This document shows, in pieces, positions 31,313 through 41,060 of a stretch of DNA of 64,000 bases (its first letter is position 1; each line of letters opens with the position of its first letter). A model generated the notes under the pieces. It saw only the letters and a program-made list of their open reading frames with translations. It searched no databases and had not been told where the DNA came from. Where the stretch lies: NCBI GenBank assembly GCA_965116475.1, contig OZ220691.1, positions 992,001 to 1,056,000 of the forward strand, in the 5' to 3' direction. The DNA is from Gemmatimonadota bacterium (GTDB lineage Bacteria > Gemmatimonadota > Gemmatimonadetes > Palauibacterales > Palauibacteraceae). A program made the position numbers and the translations under genes.

Positions 31313-32152
31313 TCAGCGCCCGGTCGCCGCCTCGTTCAGCTCGAAGTCGCGAAGATACATGTCCACCCCGCCGATCTTCATGCGGCTCGTGATCTGCACG
31401 ATGAGGCGGCGGTCATCGTCGGAGATGAAGACCTCGGCCCGTCCCTCCTCTCCGAACAGACCATCGGTCTGAATGGTCGGACGCAGGACGATCGTGTCGA
31501 ACGTCCCGGCCGGCACGCGCACGCGCTCGCGGCGGAGGACCTCGACGACGACGGGATTGCCGTCCTCCTCGAAGTAGCGGTCGAACTCGTACGTCCGGCC
31601 GACCTCCAGCGGGAGCGTCCGGATCAGGTAGAGATAGGCGATCTCATCGAGCGCGCCCGGAGGCATCGGGAGGTCCCGCTGCCGGCGGTGCGGAAGATAG
31701 GCCTCCGCCTCCTCGTTCCAGTCCTGTCTCGTGGCGGCGAGAGCCTCGTGATCCAGCTCCCAGCGTCGCTGCCTGCGGTAGCCCCCCTGCCGGAGATTCT
31801 CCTCGAAGCGGAGCGACCGGTAGGGATCGGGCGCGAGCCAGCTCACCGTGCGGTCGTCCATGCTGTAGAAAGGGATCCTCCCCTTCATCTCCATCGAGAT
31901 CCGGTACGCCGGCGTGCCGCGGATCGTGTCCTGCGCTTCGACCCGAAGGTGCATGCGCCCGAAGTTCACGGGCCCGAACAGCACGGCGTACTCCGAGGTC
32001 TCCCCGATCTCGAACGGCCAGCTCTCGGAGAAGAGGTCATCGGCCGTTTCGTCCGCGTTCCTCTGCCCGGCGAGGTCGGATGCACCCGGAATCCACGGGG
32101 CCAGAAGCGCCAGACACGCCACGGCGCCGCGGCGCAGGTTTCGTCTCCGCAT
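31313..32152 (-). CDS. DUF3108-like exported beta-sheet protein
   Basis: Signal peptide; GE...Y...G, LDEIAYLYLIR..PL..G, ERVRVPAGTFDTIV, ISDD.RRL.V patterns. Confidence 0.75.
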   Translation of the reverse strand: MRRRNLRRGAVACLALLAPWIPGASDLAGQRNADETADDLFSESWPFEIGETSEYAVLFGPVNFGRMHLRVEAQDTIRGTPAYRISMEMKGRIPFYSMDDRTVSWLAPDPYRSLRFEENLRQGGYRRQRRWELDHEALAATRQDWNEEAEAYLPHRRQRDLPMPPGALDEIAYLYLIRTLPLEVGRTYEFDRYFEEDGNPVVVEVLRRERVRVPAGTFDTIVLRPTIQTDGLFGEEGRAEVFISDDDRRLIVQITSRMKIGGVDMYLRDFELNEAATGR

Positions 32153-32153
32153 G

Positions 32154-32903
32154 TCAGGCCGCTTCGGCCATCTGCCGGCCGATCTCCCGCAGCGCGCGGT
32201 CGCGGCCGGCGGCAAACAGCTGCCGGAGCTGCTCGCCGGCCCGGAAGCGGGGGTCGCGGTATCGGCGGAGGGGGTGCGGATCATGCGGAATCTCCTCGAA
32301 TCTTCGTACAAACGGCCACACCTGCAGGAGCAGCGCGGCGTTGGCGGCCCAGCCTTCGTACCGCAGCAGCGGCCCGTCGCCGGCGGCGACGGCGCGTTCC
32401 AGAGCGAACAACCTATATAACCGAAGCGAAGCATAAGGGTCCGTCGCGGCTGGCGCCGACAGCAGGTGACGGGCGCAGAGCCGGCCCCCGGCCCGGGTCA
32501 GACGCCGGGTGAAGGGTTCGGGTTCGCCGCAGGCGACCGTGACGAGATCGGCGCCGCCGTCGAAGCGGCGAAGCATCTCCGGCAGCCGTTCGGGCGGATC
32601 GGAAAAATCGCCCTGCATGGAGACGAACGCATCGCGGCGAGGATAGCCCGAGCGGCGAAGCGTCGCCCGGATCAGACGGTCGAGGCTCGCGGCATAGCCC
32701 CGCCGCTCCTCGTTGCGGAACACGGTCAGCGGGAGCACCCGCGGATACCGCTCGAGCGCTTCGCCCGTCCCGTCGTCCGAGGCATCGTCGCAGACGAGCA
32801 CGTGAAACTGCCGCCGCTCGCCGTAGAGCAGTTCGCGGATGCGCCACAGCAGCGGACCGATGGTCTCGCGTTCGTTGTGAACCGGAATCCCGATGTGAAT
32901 CAC
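32154..32903 (-). CDS. Glycosyltransferase family 2 (degenerate DxD)
   Basis: IPVHNERETI, CDDASDDGT, N..RRGY; MQGD in place of DAD; GTG start overlaps the upstream stop. Confidence 0.75.
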   Translation of the reverse strand: MIHIGIPVHNERETIGPLLWRIRELLYGERRQFHVLVCDDASDDGTGEALERYPRVLPLTVFRNEERRGYAASLDRLIRATLRRSGYPRRDAFVSMQGDFSDPPERLPEMLRRFDGGADLVTVACGEPEPFTRRLTRAGGRLCARHLLSAPAATDPYASLRLYRLFALERAVAAGDGPLLRYEGWAANAALLLQVWPFVRRFEEIPHDPHPLRRYRDPRFRAGEQLRQLFAAGRDRALREIGRQMAEAA

Positions 32904-33847
32904 GCGCCCTCTCCGTGTTGCGCGACCCTCTTCCAGCGCCGGTGGAACCAGAAGTACTGCTCCGGCCGCCGTTCGATCTCTCTCTCCAGCGCCCGAACCC
33001 ATCCCTTCGTGACGTCGACCGGATCGCCATCGGCGCCGGATCGACCGCCGTCGATCTCTTCATGGACGATTCTGTACCCCGATGGGTCTCGAACGAGAGC
33101 CGCGAAGAAGAGAGGGACATCGGCCGCGAGACACAAACGCGCGGGAGCGAGCGACGTCCAGGCGGGGCGGCCCAGGAAGTCGATCGGGGCGCTGCCGCGC
33201 CGGGTGTGCTGGTCGGCCACCAGGGCCAGAATCCGGCCGGAGCGCAGCGCGTCGAGCGCCGGCCGCGCCGCCGCGTCGCGGTCGAGCACGTCCAGTCCGA
33301 ACCGCGCGCGCAGGTCGCGCAGCCGACGGCCGAAGGCGCCTCGCTGGCGCTGCACGACCGCCGTCACGCGCACTCCGAGGGCTCGCACGGCGGCGCCGCC
33401 GAGCTCCCAGTTGCCGAGGTGCCCGGCGACGACCACGGCGCCGCCCCGCTCCGCGATCGCGCTGCGCAGGCGCGGGCCCAGGCCGGCCTCGTCGACAACG
33501 CGCGACAGGGTCCGCTCGACCCGGGGCGGCCCACCCATGAGGAGCGCGGCCTCCCGGCCGAAGTGGCGGTAGCAGGCGCGAGCCGTGTCGCGCACCCAGT
33601 GCGGCGTCGCGGCAGGGAAGCTCGCGGCGATCTGGGCGTCGACCACGCGGCGGCGCAGGCGGAGCGGGTCGCGGCACAGCGCCCCGAGCGCGCGTCCGGC
33701 CGCGAGCGCCACCGGTTCCGGCGCCGCCCGCAGCCCGAGATGCAGGCCGGTCACTCCACCGTCCACGAGCACATCCGCGAGCTGTCGACCGGCGCCCTGT
33801 CCGCCGGCCCGGCCGGCCCGGCCGGTCCGGCTCGCCTGGCCGTTCAC
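32900..33847 (-). CDS. Lipid A late (lauroyl) acyltransferase, LpxL/HtrB family
   Basis: GHLGNWE, LVADQ, FLG.PA, IERRPEQYFWFHRRWK. Confidence 0.9.
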   Translation of the reverse strand: MNGQASRTGRAGRAGGQGAGRQLADVLVDGGVTGLHLGLRAAPEPVALAAGRALGALCRDPLRLRRRVVDAQIAASFPAATPHWVRDTARACYRHFGREAALLMGGPPRVERTLSRVVDEAGLGPRLRSAIAERGGAVVVAGHLGNWELGGAAVRALGVRVTAVVQRQRGAFGRRLRDLRARFGLDVLDRDAAARPALDALRSGRILALVADQHTRRGSAPIDFLGRPAWTSLAPARLCLAADVPLFFAALVRDPSGYRIVHEEIDGGRSGADGDPVDVTKGWVRALEREIERRPEQYFWFHRRWKRVAQHGEGA

Positions 33848-35679
33848 GGTTGCGAGACGCGTTCGAGCTGGTGGCCGAAGAGCCGGCGGTACGGCCCGCC
33901 GCGAGAGACGAGCGCGTCATGGCGGCCGGCGTCCACAAGCCGCCCGCGCTCGAGGACGAAGATCCGGTCGGCCTCGCGCACCGTGGAGAGCCGGTGGGCG
34001 ACCACGATCACCGTGCGGCCGCGAAAGCCCTCCGCCGCCGCCCTAAGCGCCGTCTCCGTCTCCGCGTCCACGGCCGACGTGGCTTCGTCCAGGATGAGGA
34101 TCGGCGGATCGCGGAAGAGCGCGCGCGCAATCCCGATGCGCTGGCGCTGGCCCGTCGACAGGCGCACGCCGCGGTCGCCGAGTACCGTGTCGTAGCCGTC
34201 GGGCAGCGCCGCGATGAAGCCGTGCGCCCCGGCTGTCCGTGCCGCCGCTTCGACCGCCGCGCGGTCCGGCGCGTCCTCCCCGTAGGCGATGTTCGCCGCC
34301 GCCGTGTCGTGGAAGAGCACGGCCTCCTGCCCCACGAGACCGGTGAGCCGGCGGAGGGAGTCCACCGAGAACTCCCGGATGTCCGTCCCATCGATCGTGA
34401 CCCGCCCCGCCTGCGGGTCCGCAAACCTCGGCAGCAGGTCGACCAGGGTGGATTTCCCGCTCCCCGACGCCCCGACGATGGCGACGACCGACCCACGCGG
34501 GATGACGAGGTCGACGCCTCGCAGCGCCGCCCGGCCCCGCTCGTACGCGAAGCTGACACCCTCGTAGCGGATCTCCCGTTCCGGACCCGCCGCGATCCGC
34601 GACCCCCCGGCCGGCTCAGGCTCCTGATCGAGGATCTCGAAGAAACGATCGGCCGCGGCGAGTCCCTGCGCGGCGATGGCCGGATACTGCGCAAACCCCT
34701 TCACGGGCGAGATGGCGCGCAGTGCAATGGTCACGAAGGCGACGAACTGCTCGGGCGCGATCGACCCGTCGCTCCCCACGAACGACGCCCCGATCCAGAC
34801 GAGTCCGAGCGCCACGACGGACGCGAGCGTTTCGGACAGGGGCGAGGCGAGGTGCCGGGTCGTGGCCGCCGCGATCCGCCTGCGGCTGAAGGCATCCGAA
34901 CGGCGCCGAAAGCGCTTCTCCTCGAAGTCCTCGGCCACGTTCGACTTCACGAGCCGCACCGCGCCCAGCGATTCCTGCAGCGCCGCGACAAGTTCGCCGT
35001 GGTCGTCCCACGTGCGGCGGAACCTCTCACGCAGCCGCCCGAGCAGCGGCCGCAGGCCGAGCCACACGAGCGGCACCAGGATGACGGCGATCAGCGCCAG
35101 CCTCCACGAGAGCGCGAACAGCGCCACGGCGTAGGCCGCGAGGGTCGCCGCCTGGCGCACGGCCTGCGCGAGCGCGTCCGTCACGACGGGCTTCGCCTCC
35201 CCCGCGTCCGCGATCACGCGCGCGATCAACTGTCCCGCCTTCCCGCGCTCGAAGAAGGCGAGCGGCAGACGCTGCAGGTGCGCGTGCACGGCGTCGCGCA
35301 CGTCGCGGACGAGGAACTCCTGCGTGCGGATCGAGAGCGCCCGCCCCCCGACGACGCAGAGGTTCTTGAGGAGGAGGGCGGCCAGCACCAGCACGCACAC
35401 GGCCCGCAACCCGTCCAGCCCCGCCTCCGGGCCGAGCCACCCCCCCGCGACGGCGTCGATGAAGCGCTCCGCCGCGTTCCGTCCGCCCTCGGGCAGCGGA
35501 GATCCCATGCCGAAGAGCGAGCGGAGGAACGGGATGAGCAGGAGGAGGCTGAACGCCTCGAGTCCGGCCGCGAGCACGCCGAGCGTCAGGCTCGCGAGGA
35601 AGGTCCAGCGATAGGGACGCAGGAACCGGAGCAGCCGCCGATACGACGAGGCGCCCCCCCCGTTCCGCCCCGGGCTCAT
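33844..35679 (-). CDS. msbA: MsbA-like ABC exporter (TMD+NBD)
   Basis: GASGSGKST, VGQE, LSTGQRQR, ILDEATSA, VAHRLST; LPS cluster context. Confidence 0.8.
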   Translation of the reverse strand: MSPGRNGGGASSYRRLLRFLRPYRWTFLASLTLGVLAAGLEAFSLLLLIPFLRSLFGMGSPLPEGGRNAAERFIDAVAGGWLGPEAGLDGLRAVCVLVLAALLLKNLCVVGGRALSIRTQEFLVRDVRDAVHAHLQRLPLAFFERGKAGQLIARVIADAGEAKPVVTDALAQAVRQAATLAAYAVALFALSWRLALIAVILVPLVWLGLRPLLGRLRERFRRTWDDHGELVAALQESLGAVRLVKSNVAEDFEEKRFRRRSDAFSRRRIAAATTRHLASPLSETLASVVALGLVWIGASFVGSDGSIAPEQFVAFVTIALRAISPVKGFAQYPAIAAQGLAAADRFFEILDQEPEPAGGSRIAAGPEREIRYEGVSFAYERGRAALRGVDLVIPRGSVVAIVGASGSGKSTLVDLLPRFADPQAGRVTIDGTDIREFSVDSLRRLTGLVGQEAVLFHDTAAANIAYGEDAPDRAAVEAAARTAGAHGFIAALPDGYDTVLGDRGVRLSTGQRQRIGIARALFRDPPILILDEATSAVDAETETALRAAAEGFRGRTVIVVAHRLSTVREADRIFVLERGRLVDAGRHDALVSRGGPYRRLFGHQLERVSQP

Positions 35680-35683
35680 CGGG

Positions 35684-37258
35684 TCACCGCGGCGTCAGCA
35701 GCGCGGCCGGAAGTACCATCTCGTCGGGGCTCACGCCGCCGTGCAGGAAACTGTCCCGGTACCGATTCTGGTATTCCCGCAGCCTCGTCGGATAGACGAA
35801 GAAGTAGTCCTCGCGGCAGAGGGCGAAGGTCTTGTTCATCCCGCCGGGAGGGAGCCGCCATTCGTCCGCGTCCGACGTCGACATGACGGCGGCCGGGTTC
35901 TCCACCTTCATGTCGTTGCCGATCTTGTAGCGCAGGCTCGTGGACGCGTCGCGTCCGGCGTAGATCGTGGCGGGCCGCCGGCAGTGAATCGAACCGTGGT
36001 CCGTCGTGAGGAGGACCCGGACCCCCCGCTGCGCGGCCAGCCGCAGCGCCTTCAGCGCCGGCGAACGCTCGAACCAGGTCACCGTGAGCGAGCGCAGCGC
36101 GCTGCTGTCCTGCGCCATCTCCCAGATCAGGCGCGACCGTGCCCTCCCGTGCGTGAGCATGTCCACGAACCCGAACACGAGCGCCGTGGCCGAGGGAGAC
36201 GACAGGTAGCCGCCGAGCCGTGCCAGCATGGGCTCGCTCTCCTGGGCCGAGAAGATCTTCTCGTAGTGCACGGGGATCCGCGACGCGGTCAGTTGGTGGA
36301 TATGCCGCTCGAAGAGTTCATCCTCGAAGGAGTTGTAGCCGATCTCGCTCCCCCGCTCCCACCACTCCGGACGACGCTCGGCGAGTTCGTCCGCGAAGAT
36401 GCCTCCGAAGATGGCGTTGCGCGCGAACGGGGTCGCGGTGGGCAGCAGACCCGCGTAGAGCGCCTCCTCGATCTCGAAGTACTCGCTGACGATGGGGAGG
36501 ACGGCCCGCCACTGGTCCAGCCGCATGCAGTCCATCACGACGAGCAGCGCCGCCGGATCCTCGTCGAGGATCGGTCTGAAGAAGCGGGACAGCACGTCCA
36601 CCGAGAGGGTCGGCCCCCGCTCGCCGCCCTCGTGTACCCACTCTCCGTACCGGTCCGCCACGAGGTCGCAGAAACCGCGGCTCAGGTCGGTGTGCAGCCC
36701 GCCAAGGATCTCGCGCAGGCCCAATTCGCCGGCCTCCTCCAGCTTCAGGTCCCAGTCGACGAGTTCCGAGTACAGGTCGGCCCAGTCCCGCCACGAAGCC
36801 GCCGTGGAGACGCGTTCCCGCAACTCGCCGAAGCGGCGCGAGAAATCGCGCGTGATGTGCTCGTGGCGCAGGGCCGGGCCCGCGAGGAGCCGCGTCACGA
36901 CCGACAGCACTTGCCGGGGGCTCGTCGGCTTGACGATGTAGTCGTCCGCTCGCCGCCCGATCGCCTCGTGCATGGTCGATTCTTCTTCGCTCTTCGTGAC
37001 CATCACCACGGGGAGGCGCGGGGCGGAACTCCGGATGCGGTCGAGAACCTCGATCCCGCGCAGCCCCGGCATCCGCTCATCCAGCAGTACGAGATCGTAG
37101 GAAGCCGCGGTCAGGAGTTCCATCGCGTCCTGGCCGTTCATCACGGCATCGACGTGATATCCCGAGGACCGCAGCAGCATGAGGTGCGGACGCAGCAGGT
37201 CGACTTCGTCGTCCACCCACAGGATCCGGCCCGCCACGGTCTTCGTCCCTTCGGTCAT
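35684..37258 (-). CDS. PorX-like response regulator (REC + PglZ/alkaline-phosphatase domain)
   Basis: ILWVDDEVDLLRPH, LLDERMPG, MVTKSEEE; PglZ-like VMDCMRLDQW, LPTATPFARNAIF, VDMLTH, TTDHG, FLHGGVS. Confidence 0.88.
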   Translation of the reverse strand: MTEGTKTVAGRILWVDDEVDLLRPHLMLLRSSGYHVDAVMNGQDAMELLTAASYDLVLLDERMPGLRGIEVLDRIRSSAPRLPVVMVTKSEEESTMHEAIGRRADDYIVKPTSPRQVLSVVTRLLAGPALRHEHITRDFSRRFGELRERVSTAASWRDWADLYSELVDWDLKLEEAGELGLREILGGLHTDLSRGFCDLVADRYGEWVHEGGERGPTLSVDVLSRFFRPILDEDPAALLVVMDCMRLDQWRAVLPIVSEYFEIEEALYAGLLPTATPFARNAIFGGIFADELAERRPEWWERGSEIGYNSFEDELFERHIHQLTASRIPVHYEKIFSAQESEPMLARLGGYLSSPSATALVFGFVDMLTHGRARSRLIWEMAQDSSALRSLTVTWFERSPALKALRLAAQRGVRVLLTTDHGSIHCRRPATIYAGRDASTSLRYKIGNDMKVENPAAVMSTSDADEWRLPPGGMNKTFALCREDYFFVYPTRLREYQNRYRDSFLHGGVSPDEMVLPAALLTPR

Positions 37259-37268
37259 GTGCCGCCTT

Positions 37269-38330
37269 TCAGGTGTTCAGGTACGAGCGGATGGCCCGCT
37301 CCAGCTTAAGCACGACGTCCTCGGCGCGGATCCTCGACATGCGTCCCCGCCGGGTGGCCCGGGACGGCATCCGCTCGCCATCGGAGCCGGCCGGGCCGTG
37401 AAACCGGTCCACCGTGAGATCCGCGAACCGTCCGTAGGGACCGCTGCGCCCGGGGTCCGTGAACCCGTACAGTCCGATGGTCGGCGTCCCCAGCGCCACC
37501 GCCATGTGCAGAGGACCCGTGTCCGGCGCCAGCACGAGATCGCTCGCCGAGAGCCGGCCCGCCAACTCCCTCAGCGTCCCACCCAGCGCGATGCGCGGCG
37601 GGCTCCCGCACAATCTCCCGAGGCGGCGGGCATCCCGCAGTTCGGCCTCGGAGTCTCCTCCCAGGAGAACGGGCTGCAGGCCCAGATCGCCGGCCGCCAC
37701 ATCGATTACCCGCGCCGTCCCCTCGAGGGTCCAGTTTCTCCGGGGGTTGGAACTCCGCGGTACGACCGCAAGCACCGGGCGCGAGAACGTCTCCCGCCAC
37801 CGCGCCGCAACCCGCCGTTCGTCCCCGGTGAAATGAAACTGCCACTCCAGGCGCCGCGGGACGCCGAGATGATCGAGGAACTCGAACAGTTCGTCCTGAA
37901 TGTGGGCCACGGGAGCCGGCGGGATGCGGCGGTTGGTGGCCATCCAGCTCAGGTCGCGGGCGCGCGCGCGATCGTGGCCGAGGCGCTCCGGAGCGCGCAG
38001 CAGGCGCGTGACCATCCCTCCCTTGAAGTTCGGCTGCAGACAGATGACGAGATCGAACGTTTCGGCCGCCACCTCGCGCCGAAAGCGGGAATAGGCGCGC
38101 GCGCCGAGCCGCCGGTGAAAGAGCAGGATCCGGTCCACATCCGGCCGGCCGGCCATCAGCCCGGCCGGGCCCGGCTGCAGCACCCAGGTGATGTGGGCGC
38201 CGGGCCACGCCCGCCGGAGGGACGCGACGATGGGCATCCCCTGGACGGTGCTCCCCACCGCGCTCATGAGCACGATGGCGACCCGGCGCGGCGGAGCGCC
38301 CGCGCCCGGCGGGGATCTATCGGGCGGCAT
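37269..38330 (-). CDS. Glycosyltransferase family 9 (LPS heptosyltransferase-like)
   Basis: MSAVGS, WP.AHITW, RRNW, DTGPLHMAVALGTPTIGLYG.TDP. Confidence 0.9.
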   Translation of the reverse strand: MPPDRSPPGAGAPPRRVAIVLMSAVGSTVQGMPIVASLRRAWPGAHITWVLQPGPAGLMAGRPDVDRILLFHRRLGARAYSRFRREVAAETFDLVICLQPNFKGGMVTRLLRAPERLGHDRARARDLSWMATNRRIPPAPVAHIQDELFEFLDHLGVPRRLEWQFHFTGDERRVAARWRETFSRPVLAVVPRSSNPRRNWTLEGTARVIDVAAGDLGLQPVLLGGDSEAELRDARRLGRLCGSPPRIALGGTLRELAGRLSASDLVLAPDTGPLHMAVALGTPTIGLYGFTDPGRSGPYGRFADLTVDRFHGPAGSDGERMPSRATRRGRMSRIRAEDVVLKLERAIRSYLNT

Positions 38331-38400
38331 CCCGGTACAGAAGTTGGCGGACCGCGACGAACCCGCGGGGCAGAACCGGCCTCAAAAAGACCCGCCCGGG

Positions 38401-38429
38401 CTGACAACGGCCCCAAAACACAGTAATCT
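38401..38429 (+). promoter_or_regulatory. Sigma70-type promoter of lptFG (probably leaderless)
   Basis: CTGACA (38401-38406), 17 bp, TAATCT (38424-38429), 7 nt, ATG 38437. Confidence 0.5.
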
Positions 38430-38436
38430 CGGGGCG

Positions 38437-39963
38437 ATGCGAACTCTCACCCGCTATATCCTGAGCCGTCACGCCGGGCCGTTCATCTTCGCCGTCATCG
38501 GCACCACGGTGCTGCTCCTCCTCGACCAGGTGAGCAAGCGCTTCAAGCATCTCATCGGCAAGGACCTCGAGTGGGCGGTGATCGCCGAGGTGTTCGTCTA
38601 TTCGATCCCCTTCATCCTCGCCCAGACCCTGCCGATGGCCGTGCTCATCGCGGTCCTGTACGTGTTCAGCCGGATGGAGGGCGACTTCGAGATCACCGCC
38701 GTCAAGGCGAGCGGCATCCCCCTGTCGCGCGTGATGGCTCCGCTCCTCGTCTGCGCCGTCATTCTGGCGGGCGGAATGACCTGGTTCAACAACACGATCC
38801 TGCCGCAGTCGAATCATCACCTGCAGGTGCTGCTCACGGGGATCGGCCGCAAGAAGCCGACCTTCAACCTTCGGGAACATACGATCAACGCGGTGCTCCC
38901 GTCGTACGTCTATGTGCACCCCGGCATGATCGACCGGGAGGAGAGCGTGGTGCACGACGTCGCGATCTACGATGAGCGGAACGGCCAGGAGAGCCGCTCC
39001 ATCTATGCGACCCGCGGGACGATGGGCTTCTCGGAGGAGGGCGAAGACCTCTACTTCGACCTCGAGGACGGCGTCGTCCAGGTGCGCATGAACGAGCGCC
39101 CGCACGCCTTCCGGCGCATCGCCTTCGAGCGGATGCTGCTCAAGATCCCGGATGTGGCGAACGGGCTCGAGCGCGATACCGCAGCCGATCGTGGCGACCG
39201 CGAGATGAACATCGCCGACATGCGCGTGGAGGCGGATCGCGGCGCGCAGATGGCGGACGCGGCGCGCTCGGAGAGCCTCGTGTACGCGCAGGCGATCACC
39301 CGCATGCTGCTCGACTTCGAGCAACCTCTCGCGGACGCGCCGGTTTCCAGGCCGGCCGACCGCGCCACCCCTCCGGGGGGCGACCCCCCCGACTGGCGGG
39401 ATGACATCGCCGACCCGAAACGCGACGTCTTCGGCCGCAGAGACGATCTCCGCGACCGGCAAGACGATCTCCGCGACCGGCAAGACGGCCTCTCCGCGAC
39501 ACCGGGCGGGCCCGCGCGAGGCGAGATCGAGCCGGGACCCGCGCAGGAGGCCGCCGCGCCGGACTCCACGACGCAGGTCGCCGAGAGCGCGGCCCGCCGC
39601 TTCTACTCCGCCTCCGATGCGGCGAACCAGTTCCAGTCCTACGCCGAGCGCGAGGTCAGGGGCCTTCGCCGAATCAACCAGTACTGGGTCGAGATTCACA
39701 AGAAGGGGACGATCCCGGCCGCGTGCATCGTCTTCGTCCTCCTCGGCGCTCCGATCGCCGTCCGGTTCCCGCGCGGCGGCGTGGCGCTCGTCGTCGGGGT
39801 CAGCCTGGGCATCTTCGGAGCGTACTACGTCTCGCTCATCGGGGGCGAGCGACTCGCCGACCGCCTCTGGATCTCGCCGCTCTGGGCCATGTGGGCCCCG
39901 AACGTCATCTTCGGCGCTGCCGGGCTCGTGGCCCTGGCGCGCTCCACCAAGGTGATGCGCTGA
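38437..39963 (+). CDS. lptF: LPS export permease LptF (with a low-complexity insertion)
   Basis: MRTLTRYIL, LPMAVLIA, EITAVKASGI, EIHKK...PAACIVF..LGAP, WAPN; paired with lptG. Confidence 0.88.
   Translation: MRTLTRYILSRHAGPFIFAVIGTTVLLLLDQVSKRFKHLIGKDLEWAVIAEVFVYSIPFILAQTLPMAVLIAVLYVFSRMEGDFEITAVKASGIPLSRVMAPLLVCAVILAGGMTWFNNTILPQSNHHLQVLLTGIGRKKPTFNLREHTINAVLPSYVYVHPGMIDREESVVHDVAIYDERNGQESRSIYATRGTMGFSEEGEDLYFDLEDGVVQVRMNERPHAFRRIAFERMLLKIPDVANGLERDTAADRGDREMNIADMRVEADRGAQMADAARSESLVYAQAITRMLLDFEQPLADAPVSRPADRATPPGGDPPDWRDDIADPKRDVFGRRDDLRDRQDDLRDRQDGLSATPGGPARGEIEPGPAQEAAAPDSTTQVAESAARRFYSASDAANQFQSYAEREVRGLRRINQYWVEIHKKGTIPAACIVFVLLGAPIAVRFPRGGVALVVGVSLGIFGAYYVSLIGGERLADRLWISPLWAMWAPNVIFGAAGLVALARSTKVMR
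39441..39500 (+). repeat. 21-bp in-frame tandem repeat (DDLRDRQ) in lptF
   Basis: agacgatctccgcgaccggca x2 (39441-39482) plus a degenerate third copy. Confidence 0.85.
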
Positions 39964-39967
39964 CGCC

Positions 39968-41044
39968 GTGAAGCTGCTCGACCGGTACGTCCTTTCCCAG
40001 TTCCTGAGGATCTTCGCGGCCTGTGCGCTCGGCGTGCCTTTCCTCTTCATGGTCATCGACATCGCCGACAACCTCGACCGCTTCCTCGACCAGGGGTCGA
40101 CCTGGTCGCAGATCATCCTCCACTACATGTACGGGTTCCCATACCATTCGCTGCTCGGATTTCCGATCGCCGTCCTGCTCGGATCCGTGTTCACGGTGGC
40201 CTCCATGTCCCGGAACTTCGAGGTCGCGGCCGCCAAAGCGGGCGGCGTTTCCTTCTACCGGCTCGCCTTCCCGATTCTCTGCGGCGCCACGCTGCTCAGC
40301 TTCGTCGCGCTCGGTCTCACGGAACTCGTCGCCGTGACGACGCGGGAATCGGCGGAAGTCCTCGAGCAGGAGGAGGTCCGCAGCCAGACGATCCGGAACT
40401 CCTTCGTCTACCGGGGCGACGACGGCCTCGTGTACAAGGCGCGGCTGCTCGACACGCGCGAGGGCCGGATGGACGACGTGCAGATCGAGCGGAGGGGATC
40501 GGAACCCGACTTCCCCACCATCCACATCACGGCCAACGTCGCGCGGTACGACTCGGCGTCCGCTCGCTGGGTGCTCCAGCAGGGGTGGATGCGGGAGTTC
40601 CGTGGCCCGGAGGAGGAGACCGCCTTCGAGTTCGCCGAACTGTTCGTGCGGCAACTGGACGAAACGCCCGAGGAGTTGCAGGCCAGACCCAAGGAGCCGG
40701 ACGAGATGCGCTACGCGGAACTTGGGCGCCTCATCGAGTCCGTCGAACGGTCGGGCGGCACGACGAACGGGCTCAGGACCTCCCGCGCGCAGCGCATCGC
40801 CTTCCCCTTCGCGTGCCTCGTGATCGCCGTGTTCGGGATACCGCTCGCGCAGAGCAACAAACGGGGTGGCGCGCCGACCTCGATCGGAATCGCGCTCGGG
40901 ACGACGATCCTCTTCCTGACCCTGATCCGTATCGCCGAAGCGATGGGCGCCGGAGGGGCGCTGTCGCCGGTGGCGGCGGCCGGGCTGCCCAACGGCATCT
41001 TCTTCGGTGCCGGCCTCCTGCTCTTCGCGAAACTGCGTACGTAG
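39968..41044 (+). CDS. lptG: LPS export permease LptG
   Basis: MKLLDRYV, EVAAAKAGGVS, RIAFPFACLV...GIP, LPN..F. Confidence 0.88.
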   Translation: MKLLDRYVLSQFLRIFAACALGVPFLFMVIDIADNLDRFLDQGSTWSQIILHYMYGFPYHSLLGFPIAVLLGSVFTVASMSRNFEVAAAKAGGVSFYRLAFPILCGATLLSFVALGLTELVAVTTRESAEVLEQEEVRSQTIRNSFVYRGDDGLVYKARLLDTREGRMDDVQIERRGSEPDFPTIHITANVARYDSASARWVLQQGWMREFRGPEEETAFEFAELFVRQLDETPEELQARPKEPDEMRYAELGRLIESVERSGGTTNGLRTSRAQRIAFPFACLVIAVFGIPLAQSNKRGGAPTSIGIALGTTILFLTLIRIAEAMGAGGALSPVAAAGLPNGIFFGAGLLLFAKLRT

Positions 41045-41060
41045 CCTGCCGGCGCGGACC

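Noticed and set aside
35684-37258. BREX defence system (PglZ)
   Set aside because: The PglZ domain is fused to a receiver domain (PorX architecture) and no brxC, pglX or brxL genes are nearby.
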